The notes under the pieces were generated by a model. The model did not search any database. It was not told the origin of the DNA and was given only the letters and a program-made list of their open reading frames with translations. A program made the position numbers and the translations under genes. Shown piece after piece: positions 14,015 to 24,867 of a stretch of 64,000 nucleotides of DNA (position 1 is its first letter; each line of letters opens with the position of its first letter). This DNA is from the human T2T-CHM13v2.0 reference genome, Homo sapiens, in assembly GCF_009914755.1 (NCBI RefSeq), contig NC_060925.1; one strand, 5' to 3'.

Positions 14015-14839
14015 CTGCAATTATAGGTAATTAGTTCAATGACAGCCTGCCCTACTGCACAGTGACAAACACAAATGCTCTCCACTCCACAAAGTCCAGT
14101 TTTGTTATAACTAGTGATCTTTTAAGTTCTTTCTCCTGCTAGCCTCTTCCCTTTGACAGCAAAACTTCCTTTGGGCAGAGGGAACAATAGATCCACACAA
14201 CAAATGTGTCTCTTGACTCCACATTTGTTCGTGGAGATCTACTCTGGGTGGGAAGGGCAGCGGCTGGGACTTTGCATAAGAAACGAAAAACAGTTAAATC
14301 AACGCAGGGCGGAGGAGGAAACCTCTGCTCTCGGTAAGGGCAAATGAAAGGGTAAGAAGGACTGATACGTAACATCTTAAGGGCCTGCAGACAAAGCTGG
14401 ACACACGAGCACGCACACAGGCACACGCACACAGAAACCACCAGCAGGGACAGAGAGGGGAGCAAGGACTGGGGGGGAAACGCCAAGGAGACAGCGGGCT
14501 CCCTAACTTAATGCAGGGGAATGGCAGGAAAGCTTTCTCAGCAGCACGAGTGCACAAAGAAAAGGCTCGGGATGCAGCTTCGGTTACAAACAAATGGTGA
14601 ACCAAACTCAAAACCAAACCAAAAGTGAGAGAGGAAAAAACAAAAACGCAAAGGCAGCTGACAAGGTCACAGAAATATATATTTTTTCCTTTTGGTTTCG
14701 TATCCAAGCTGGGTGTGATATCCGAGGACTGAAGACTATCTTTAGAAAAAAGAAATTTCTAAAAAAATTTAATTTGTCAATAAAGACTCGCAGGCAGTGG
14801 CTAGAGCACATTTTGATTTTTGTTTTTCCTCTGCGGGCT

Positions 14840-15180
14840 CTCTGCTTCCTCCGCGCCCCGCGTCCCCGGCGGGCGGGAGCGCCACGGTGCGTTTACCTGA
14901 CTGTGGGGTCCCATCATGCTGCTAGGATTGTGAGGTGGAGGCTGTGCGTGCGGCGAGGGCTGTGACCCCGGAGGACCCTGTGAGGCCAGACAGTAGAGGC
15001 AGGTTATAGATCACAGCACATGGAGAAGCGCAGAAGCAGCTTAAAAGAACAAAAATTAAACCAAAACGAAGGGTGGGCGGCGGGCGTGCGGGGGGGTGGG
15101 CTCTGGTTGGTGGGAGGTGGTGGAGCTGCTGCTTTGGTCGCCGGCTCAACGGTGTAAAACGGCGAGCGGGAGCGAGAGAA
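14840..15180. promoter_or_regulatory. Intragenic CpG-rich, GC-rich patch surrounding the 81-nt exon
   Basis: Dense CpGs (ccgcgccccgcgtccccggcgggcgggagcgccacggtgcg; gggcggcgggcgtgcg) against a CpG-poor background. Confidence 0.55.
14897..14977 (-). CDS. SSBP3: SSBP3 coding exon (probably exon 6, cassette), GPPGSQPSPHAQPPPHNPSSMMGPHSQ
   Basis: 81 nt, phase 0/0; ctcacag|GGT ... CAG|gtaaac; continues the SSBP3 peptide in frame. Confidence 0.96.
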
Positions 15181-15659
15181 GCTGATAAATACATTCACAG
15201 GGGGTTGAAAGAACAAAAAATGAAGCACCTCTGTCAAAGCACACGGGAGTACAGTCCTGGACACAGCCTACCCTTGGAGCGGAGTTTGCCATGTTAAATA
15301 CGTTGGTTGAGACGGGCTCAGAGGGAGTACAATGATGCACAGACACAGGGACCCAGGTGCAAAGCACGTAGGTGCCGCTTGCACGGGAGGTGGGGAAAGA
15401 TCGGGAAGGGCCCTGCCCTCAAGGAGCTCACAGTCTGGGGGACAGTGACACGGCTATGGGTGACTCGAGGCAGTACTGATCAAGTGTCAGGGAGAGGCCC
15501 AGGCGACGGGTTTCCTGGGGGCAGGAGGGCCGGGGGCACCGACAGATAAACAACAGAGGCAAGAGGAGCAAGGGGCACCACAGATGTAACACACAGGGAG
15601 TGAGGGGACAGTGAGTGAGGGCCACACGGTGTGGGCAGCACAGACTCGCACACCGTGAA

Positions 15660-15800
15660 TTCACCTGCACTTCAAAGCAGCCCTGTGAGGCGGGGTTTCT
15701 CATTCCAATTTTTACTGATGAGGAATCTAAGTCTCGAGGGATGAAGGAACTTGGCCATGGCCATAAAACTGGTCAGTGGCAGAGCTGGGATGAGAAGCCC
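15660..15800 (-). mobile_element. MIR relic
   Basis: cattccaatttttactgatgaggaatctaag...aacttggccatggcc...ggcagagctggga. Confidence 0.6.
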
Positions 15801-16683
15801 CATGGGTCCAAGGCCCATCTCCAGCCCTGAAACCCAAGAGTTCCGGTGCAGAGCTGGGGACAGGGGGAAGTGCATGAAGGGTGGGGACCCCGGACTGCTG
15901 GGCGACTGGGTGGGCTATCCTTTTCATACCTCAGTTCCAAGCTGACCCCCACCCCCACCGCCTCAACCCTGGGCTATGCTGACCTCGACCCCCCTACCCC
16001 GCCCCAGAAGACATGGGCAGATGAATTCACTTCAACCTTGGGGTTACAAACTATGGGTAGAAACTCACTCAGCAATTCAGCAAGCTGCAATAATTATCTC
16101 TTAAAAATCCGAGGTAATAAAAAAAAAAGTCAGAGAGCTTTGTGTATTTTAAGGCAGGTGTCTTTCATGAACCCCGGTTTTGTGTGTAAATATTCATGTG
16201 TGTGTAGACTGGGTCACACCACCAAAGGACTCTCCTACCATGGGTCACAGTCAGTAAGCGCGGAGGGCTGCCTCGGAAGCACGTTCCAGCCCACCCAGCG
16301 TGGGATGCTGATGCCAGGGATGAGGAGACAGGCCTCCATTCGCTCTTCCCCACCCATGACTGTGCTGTTTTTTAGAGGTTGGTTTTTAGAAAAATTCAAA
16401 ATGTGCACAGGGGGTGAGTGTGGCTAAATTAAAAAGAGAGAGGAGCTGCCTAGGTAGGGTTTCCCCCTTGGCCTTCTCCTGCAGAGCCAGGCTGCCAGCC
16501 GCCTGCCCACTGGGGAGGAGGGGCGTGGGCCCACAGAGAAGAGGTGTGCAGAGAACATCGCAGGGGGCTGTACAAGAACCCGAGGGCGCCGCCGCTGTGA
16601 GGCCTGGGAGTTTCTTGGCCAAGCGAGGAGCTGCTCACTTCCGGAAAGCTCCGAGGAGCAGATGTTCCCCTACCTGCCACGCT

Positions 16684-16926
16684 ACTAATTTCAACAAGTG
16701 TGTGTCTTTCTAGCGGCTGCCAGCAACGGCATGGTTTGTTACCATGAGCAATTTTCTTAATTAACAGACATTAATTAGCCATTTAGCAATTTTGCAAGCA
16801 TTTGTTTAGCGGCTTTCCCAAACATGAATACCACTGTGATAATGGCACTGATTAGAGGGTCCCCTAATTAACAGTACAGGGAAGGAAAATTGAAATCACA
16901 TAAATTAAAAAGGGAGGGGAGTTAAT
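16684..16926. promoter_or_regulatory. Homeodomain-site cluster, candidate developmental enhancer
   Basis: TAATTA at 16758, 16772 and 16865, TGATTA at 16849, TAAATTAA at 16901, in a non-repeat AT-rich island. Confidence 0.55.
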
Positions 16927-19900
16927 GAAGGCGGGACATATTTGCACCTGCAAGTCTTTTGTACCACGTAACTTGGGTGTAATGTAAACAAAACAAGATA
17001 ATTTGAAGCCAACCCCCAAAAAAAGAAATATGAAAAGAACAGAGGAGGAAGGTTCAAGGGTAAGGTCCAGTTGCCAAGAGGGGGCAAAAGGCCTTCTGTT
17101 GGTTCCTCGGCTCTTGGCAAGAAGGGAGTGCCTCCTCCCTCGCGTCCTTCCCTTCCTGGTAACTGAGTGCTTCCTCAGGGCGAGCAGTGGGGCTCTGGGC
17201 AAGCCCCTCACACCTGTGTGCCCAGTGGTCAGGGAGGGCAGGAGGCTGGCTCACTGACAGATTAGAGAAAACAGAAGTGAAGCACCCAAGGGCGTGTGGC
17301 GCACACGGTGGGGCCTCAATCTACGGCAGCCTTTACAAAGGACCAGTGCTCCAACCGGGGTCTGCTGAGATCCAGACAGCAAGGCTGGCAGGTGTGCCTC
17401 CTCTGCGCCTCCCTCAGAAGCGCCCCTGGGGGACTCTGGAGACCAGTCCCTGGATAAGCAGAGGTGGCACAAGCTTGCTCTTGGCGCAGCTGCCTCAAGA
17501 AAAAAAGCTGACAAGCAGTAAGGATGGAGCCAGGCTGGTCAGGGAGGCCCCAGCCCAGCCCCACAACCTCTCTGGCTCATGGGGAACAAGCTGTTAAATC
17601 TGGGGCGGGAAGAGCAGCTAGAAGTCTTCCCTCTGACTTGGAGCTAGGGGTTGGAATGATGAGGACCAGGAATCTTGGCCCAGGCCTGCCAGTCACTCAG
17701 GGAGAAAAATGATACCACATTCTTGACAGAGGCCAAGCTAAAAGCTCAGTGCCCACCTCCTCAGGGCACAGAGCTCCTCTCCCACCTGCAGTGAAGCGCT
17801 GACAGGCTCTGCCTGCCCACCTCTCGGCACAGAGCCAGACGCCTGCCATTTCCCAACGGGCCACCCACGTCCACATCCACAGAGAACTCCTCTGTGTCTC
17901 TGCTACCTCCACTCAGCCCGGAGCTCCGTCACTACGTTCCCTGTGTCTAGGCTGTGTCCCTAAGACCCTGTGGCATCACAGGAGGAACCCCACATAGCCT
18001 AGCAGTCTCACGGGCAGAGATCCGTGTTTGTGGAAGCATTTGCTTCTGCAAGGAACATGACAGATGAGCTGCCCATCTCTATGAGGAGTCAGGGGCTCTG
18101 CTGCCCTGTGTTTTATTAGGCCACAAAAAGTGCTCTCGTCTTCCTTCCCAGCCTGCATTCTCAACAAGAGATCCACAGGTAGGTTTGAAGAAGACGGACT
18201 TTGTGCTCTTTTGGATTTGTTACCCACTCGGGCAAAAGGCTACACAGGAGGCAGACAACAATGAAAAAGGATCTAGATTGAGGGCTCTGACCTTTGGTGG
18301 GACGGGGGCCGCTCTCTTCCCCGAACTCTGAACAGACCCAGCAGGCAGGCAGAGTGGACTGTGGTGGAAGGTGAGAGGAGGAGGGAGTCTCAAAGCTGAT
18401 GATACTGATGTGCTTTTCCATGCAGGACAACTCTGGTGAGGCTTCCACTTGCTGGAAGCTTTTGAGGAACCCAAAATGGGTGCATCTGGAGGGCTGCTTG
18501 GCCAGCAGGCCCAGCTCCATTTAGAACATCTCCCTCCATGAGAGCTGGATGCCTTCGGTTCCAGAGGCTGCCTAATTAACCTTCCAGGGATGCGGTGGAT
18601 CAGGGCAGATGGCACCCTGAAGGTGTGCAAAATATCAGGCTAGACTAGGGTGGCTGGGGGTCCTTACTAGATGCTTAGGGAGAACGGCATCTGCCCAGGG
18701 GTCACCTGTTAGGTGGCTTTGACAGATTCTATCATCCCTTCCTCCAACATTTGCAGGGGAGGAGAAAAGAGAGGCCCATGACAGAGGTGTGACCTCTCCA
18801 AGACCACAGAAAACTAGTTGGCATCTGAACCACATCTCCTAACTCTACCCCAGGGCTCTCCTCAAAACATCACATTCCCATTTGCATCTCTTTTAGATGA
18901 AGAAATAGGGTTTGGAAGGAACTGGGTTCGAATCCTGGCTCTGCCCCTGACTGCATTTCCATTTTCTTGACAGTGGAATGGGGCCGTGAGAGTAACAATA
19001 ACAGGGAGCGTGGCCTCTACCTACATAAGCTCATCTAATCCCGGACTCCTCGCAGTAAGGGATCAATTGCCCCATTTTATTGCCAAGGAACTGAGGCTTG
19101 GAAAGATAAAGGCACTCCAGGATTGCATAGCTATTACGTGGTGGAGCCAGGCCTCGATGTCTGATTCTAGAGTCTAACAGGGTCCTGGGTAGCCCATCAT
19201 TCTACAAGACTGCGAGCAGCACCTCCGTGTCATCTGTCAGGGCAGAAAGCAAAGGGCAAAGTGGAATGAACCCAAGGCTGAAGGACTTGGGAGAGCACCG
19301 AGATGCCGGGTGCTGACCTCCTATGTGGCCAGCCAGCCCCATGCTGGGGTCTGGAGGCACATCAGACTTGTCCTGACCCTGAGGAGCTGCCAGGCTAAGG
19401 ACAAAAACGATTACACAGAGAGAAATAAGCTTAAGTGTTGGCTTAACCTGCCAGGGGCTCCAAGAGAGGGTGATGCCTACCTCCCTCTCACTCCCAGACA
19501 GGTAAACTGAGGCCCAGTGTGGCCACAGCATGTAGGCCTGGTACCCCCATGAGCCAACCGGAACTGGGATGAGAACTGGGGTCCACTGACGGGTCAGAGC
19601 TCTTTCCACTGCACTGCACTGCCTCTGCAGGGTGATGGCAGCAGGACCAAGCCCTGGGGTAGACCTCAACATGGGGGAAAATCCCCACTCCTGAATCTGG
19701 GAAAAGGAGGCAGGAAACACGCCCACTTCCTGTCCAGCCTTCCAGCTGCCCTGGACCCTGTTAATGGACTCGCTATTCCATCTCAGCTGGCCCCAAGATC
19801 TCTGAGTGGAGACAACTAACTCCCGCAGTTTCTTGTTATTCTTTCTCCTGTAATTTCAGCACTGGGTAGTGTTCCATCCAGCAGCTCCTGAGAGCCACTT

Positions 19901-20848
19901 AGGCAGGGCCCAGGAGGCTCTGTTATGGGTGTGATCGAGGCAAACACTGGGCCACTTCACGAAAACTCCGAAGTGTGGACACTGATGGTTAGTGAAAAAG
20001 CCTTTACCCACACTGACAGCGTGGGGAGCAGAGCATTCCCACTGTAAAACGGATTCAAGGACTCTGCGGAAAAGCATTTCAGAAGCATCAGCAGGACCCC
20101 CAGCCCTCCCGCACGCTCCGGCTAAGTCCCTGCACTTCATCTGAAGCCGTCCTGGAGAGGCGGGTTGTGGTGTGACAGGAAGCGCCCACATTATGCGGGC
20201 CTGGGATCCAATCCCAGCTCCTCCGGTTCATTCGGAGTCCAGTTTCCCAACGGCTCTGAGCCTCACTGCCCTCATAAAGGAAATGAGGACTATTCCACAA
20301 ACACTGCAGGGCTGTGGCACAGCTGGCAGTGTGAGGCACACGGGGTCCCCAGTCCTGGTCCCCATCCTCCTGCTCCTGTGGCCACTCGCCTGCCCTTTAC
20401 AAGGAAAGCAGGAGCTTGACGTCTGGCCTCATCTCACCAGGTCTGCTGAAGGCCACATATCCTTTTTCATGAAGGCTTTCCTGCTCCAGCCCTTCAAGTG
20501 CTCTCTAAACACAGAACCTTTCCTTACTCCATGTCTGGGGGTGCCATGTGGACCCCTCCAGGCCAGGCCACTCACCCCCACAGGTACCTTGGGGCAGGGC
20601 CCAAACAGAGCAGCAGGGCTGAGGCAGCAGGCGACCACACTGCCATGGGCAAGGGGCAAGACCCAGCAAGCCCCGGGGCAGGCACATCTAACACCTTGGG
20701 GCTCATAGGAACCAGGAAGAAAAGTTAGTACCAAAAGGGTGACCAAGTTGGTCTTCTGAGCTAAAGATTCTTGGAGCTGGATGGAAGATAGCTCCTTAAA
20801 ACCAAAACCAAAACCAAAACAAAAACAAAAACAAAAGCAAAACGAACA

Positions 20849-21168
20849 GGCTGGGCACATGGCTTACACCTGTAATCCAGCATTTTGGGAGGCCGAGGCA
20901 GGAGGATTGCTTGAGCCCAGGAGTTTGAGACCAGCCTGGGCAGTATGGCAAAACTCCGTCTCTACAAAAAAATACAAAAGCTAGCCAGGTGTGGTGGTGT
21001 GCGCCTGTGGCCCCAGTTACTCAGGAGACAGAGGTGGGAGGATCCCTTGAGCCAGGGAGGTGGAGGCTGCAGTCAGCTGTGATCATGCCACTGCACTCTA
21101 GCCTGGGTGACGGTGAGACCTGCCTAAAAAAACGAAACAAAACAAAACCAAACCAAGAACAAAATAAA
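20849..21168 (+). mobile_element. AluJ with an (A/C)-rich tail, preceded by a (CAAAAM)n simple repeat
   Basis: Full dimer with AluJ-type ggattgcttgagcccaggagttt. Confidence 0.92.
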
Positions 21169-23148
21169 CCTACACCGATTTTTTAAAGGAGAAAATAAGC
21201 TATGTGTTAAGTATTCCCCAAACTCACTGCTTCTTCCCCAAATGCCACCCATATTCCTCAAATCTGCCTACACCTGTCTAGAAGTCATGGGCTTGCTGAG
21301 AAATAAAGCTGAGACTCAAGTCCTGGCTCTGTGGGTTCAGAGGCATGCCTGGGAGGCGAAGTGTGAGGACAGGCTGTGACCTGTGCTGAAGGCACTGGTC
21401 CCAAAACCCAAAAAGCACTAGGGCTGGAGTCCTGGCCTTGTCGCCCTGGGTCTTGGCAGAGCATCCCTCAAGCGAGGTGGGGAGTATAGGCTATGATTCT
21501 CTCACGGGTCACGAAAGCTGTGAGAGTTCTCTGTAAACTGCTGACAGCTACCCAGACAGACGCCATTACCACCCAGCCAAATCCGCCTTTTGTCTTCACA
21601 GAAGGCTGCTGAGGAAAGGGGACTTGAGGTTTTAGGTTGTTAAGAGATAAAACACTCCACACATCCTCGTCCCTCCTGACTCCTAGGACACCGGCCACTG
21701 CTCTGGAGAGGCTGAAGGAGTGGGTTTTCTCGACCAGCAGTGGGACGCAGAGGACCTGCGGTACTGGCGGCCTGTGTAATCTGCCTGTTAGGTGTGTTGC
21801 TTTAATTGAGTGAATACAAAATTACAATAATTATACACAGCAAAAGGCACTTGATAGACAATCCAATTTGCTCCTTGGTCCCAAATACCGACAGAAAATG
21901 GCGTAAGCTCAGTCTGGGGAGAAGGTCAAGGTGTGCTCAGGTGCCATGGACATCCGGAATCTGTCACCATGGTCTGCCTCACCCACAGCCCCCAAGGAAA
22001 GGGAAGCTGACCAGATGGGGGGAGGAAGGGAAAGCAAGTCAATTTTACATGCAGTCTTTGGCGGAAACGTTATTTCTTCATTTCAACCCATGGGAATGAA
22101 CTTGGCATGGCTTGGAGAGGGGTTGTGTGAAGGGTGTGGGTGTGTGTGTGTTATGTAGGGTGTGTATGTGTGTGTGTGTTTACAGGCCAGAGCTGGGGCT
22201 GAGACACCAACTTGAGGGCAGAAGGTGACTAAGTTGCCCGCCTGCACACCCAGCATGGGCCTGGCACATGCACGGTAGGTGGGTCCTCAGGGGGCTGAGC
22301 TGGGCCACACAGCAGTGGAATAACTGCCCGGGCTTCTGCGTGGTCCCCGAGAGCTCACAGTCAGGTGGGGCTCCTGGCTACCCAGCAGAAGAGCCCATGA
22401 CAATCAATGGCCCTTTGTGGGGAGAGGACAAGGAGAGGGCTGGGTTTAGAGGTCTGGCAATGGTGTGGACCATCTTCCTGGGACGGTGGGGAAGTTACCA
22501 GTTAGAGAAAGCAGGAATGTACTGCATCTCCCCTTCATACTCATCTCTGCATAAATACCAGGGATCCTTACAGCCACCAAGGTCCACTCCTTGCAAAGGT
22601 GAGCAAATGGTTCATTGATTTCCGTGTGAGCAAAGGCCCCAGCCGACCTCCCTTCCTCCTAGCAGTCTCTCCAAGGAGCCAGGGCAGCACTGGGCAGACA
22701 GCAAGGGTTCAGGGTTTGCACCATTAGGAATCTGGCTTCCCTGGACAGCCCTGCTGAGGCGTGAACAGGGGGCGCTCAGTGAAGGCTCTGCTCACCAGGC
22801 ATGAAACTCACTTGCCTCCTGGCGGAACAGAATCAGCAAGTGATGGTTTCCCAAACAAAGGGAGGAAACATGGCAAACGAAAAGTATAGGCAGCGTCCAA
22901 AACCTAACGCATAGCTCCTCCACACACTGCTTGCCAGCGCCTCTTTCTCCAGCGCCTGGACTGCGACTGCCATGATACAGATGGGAAGACTGAGCCTCAG
23001 AGATGTGATCTCATTGGTTCCAGGTCCAACCTGCTTCAAAGTCTAGGCTGGGTCCCTCGCACCAAGCTGCATACCAGGGCAAAGGCTGGTCTTGGCTGCA
23101 GCACAAGGACCCCAAGAGCACAGCCACCAGGCTGAGCTACAGTCAAGT

Positions 23149-23367
23149 CAGGGTCAAACTAGCCTGCCACCTGTTTTTATAAATTAAGTTTAATTAGAAC
23201 ACAATGTAAATAAAGTTTTATTGGAACACAGTGCAAATAAAGTTTTGTTGGAACAGAGCCACACTCACTCATGTTCTGTCCACGGCTGCTTACAAAGACC
23301 TGATGGCCCACAAAGTCTAAGATTATTTCCTAGCTGTCCCTTCACAGAAAAAGTCTGCAGACCCCTG
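23149..23367 (+). mobile_element. MER58A-like hAT-Charlie DNA transposon relic
   Basis: Termini CAGGGTC...GACCCCTG; aaataaagttttattggaacac and cccttcacagaaaaagt motifs. Confidence 0.8.
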
Positions 23368-24742
23368 AGTTAGATGATGGTCCTCAAGACTGAAGAGGGA
23401 AAAAAGTGGAGTCTTCTGTAATTCTCAAGGAAAAACAAAACAGTGCTACACTTTGATTTTAACCTCACATTTCTCTTGTAAGACAAATGAAGCAAAAGTT
23501 GACCCCATTTTACAAAGGGGGAAAACTGAAGTATAGTGACATTAAGGCATTAATTATCAGAGCCAAGATGTTATGCCCCTGAGGACAAACAGAATGAGCA
23601 CTGGCCAGGCATCAGCACACCTGAATTTGGCTGTCACACCAACACCCTCCATGCTCACTAATCAATGAGCCCTGGTCTCTTGGCCACTGCTCCCGAATAC
23701 AGTGATAGTGCATCATCGGAACACAAAACCCAGCGCTCACGTCCAGCTGGCTGGTCACAACCCTCCTTGCTGATGGTGTCCCCAGTTTCATTCTTGCCAC
23801 AATGCTGGGGAAGAAGCCCTTCCCCTTGTTTGCCAGCACAAATATTCTGGGAGCTTGAATCCCAGCCTTGAGTTCTTTTGGCAGGTTCAAACCGTTTGGA
23901 CCCTTTCCTGTGGTGTGAATTCACAAAGAATTAGATCCTCTGGGGTCATCTCAGCCAGGAAAAGGCTCCACCTCGAATGGCTGTGGTTGGGAAGGGCCAG
24001 GATATGAGACGTGACTTTGCCTCCAGCCACTAAATGCTTAAGGAGGGCTTTCCTGCTGGAGATTCTCCGTGTATTCCACATGTATCCATACAACAGGGCA
24101 CTCTTTTCAAGAACACAGCCCAATATCCATAACATATGTGCAGAGCCCACCTCTATCTGGCAGTCACTCTAACTGGGCACTAGGTCCCAGTACCCTGAGC
24201 TAAGTGCCGGAGACACGTGAACAAGCAGTATTCTGCCCTTCCCTAAAGAGCTCCAGACTGGCCAGTGAGACCAGGGTGCAACACTTTAATAGAGGCAGAG
24301 ATACCAGTGCACTGGGGAGTGAGGGAGCAGTGACCACAGAACAGTCACATTTAGGCAGGACTTGCAGAATGAACAGGTGTCTCCTGGCAGAGAAGAAAAG
24401 GAAGGGGATTCTGGACCGTGAGGATGGCATTTATGCAGCCCAAAGGCAGGCCTGGGTGTGGTTCTAGAGGACTTCATGCACAAGATGGTGGGGATGGGAC
24501 CACCAGGCCAAGGGGAAGGATACTAACATTTGGGGGCTTGACCAAGGAAATGGCAATACGATCTGTATCGTGGGAATCACATATCTATTCTGTTCCTTTC
24601 CAAAGATGTTTCTATACCCTCTCTCAAGTTGGAGACTAATTATTAGATTCCCATCTGTGAGTGGCTCCTTCCATCCTACCTGCTGCCCCGCTAAGTCACA
24701 TCCCAGCCCTGCACAGCCAGCTCTCTTTATTAAAAAAAAATT

Positions 24743-24867
24743 AAAGACAGGGTCTTGCTATGTTGTCCAGGCTGGCCTCAAACTCCTGAGCTCAAGCAAT
24801 CCTCCCACCTCAGCCTCCCAAGCGGGTGGGACTACAGGCATGGGCCACCATGCCCATCTCCCAGCCT
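24743..24867 (-). mobile_element. FLAM / Alu monomer
   Basis: Single antisense left-arm-like monomer. Confidence 0.85.

Noticed and set aside
14139-14486. 115-aa minus-strand ORF between the two cassette exons as an extra coding exon
   Set aside because: The peptide does not resemble SSBP proteins and no convincing donor site was found; kept only as a possible cryptic acceptor
22761-22778. CTCF-like core CAGGGGGCGCTC (similar partial cores near 31421, 48848 and 55166)
   Set aside because: Only partial consensus matches; cannot be supported without a PWM scan or ChIP data
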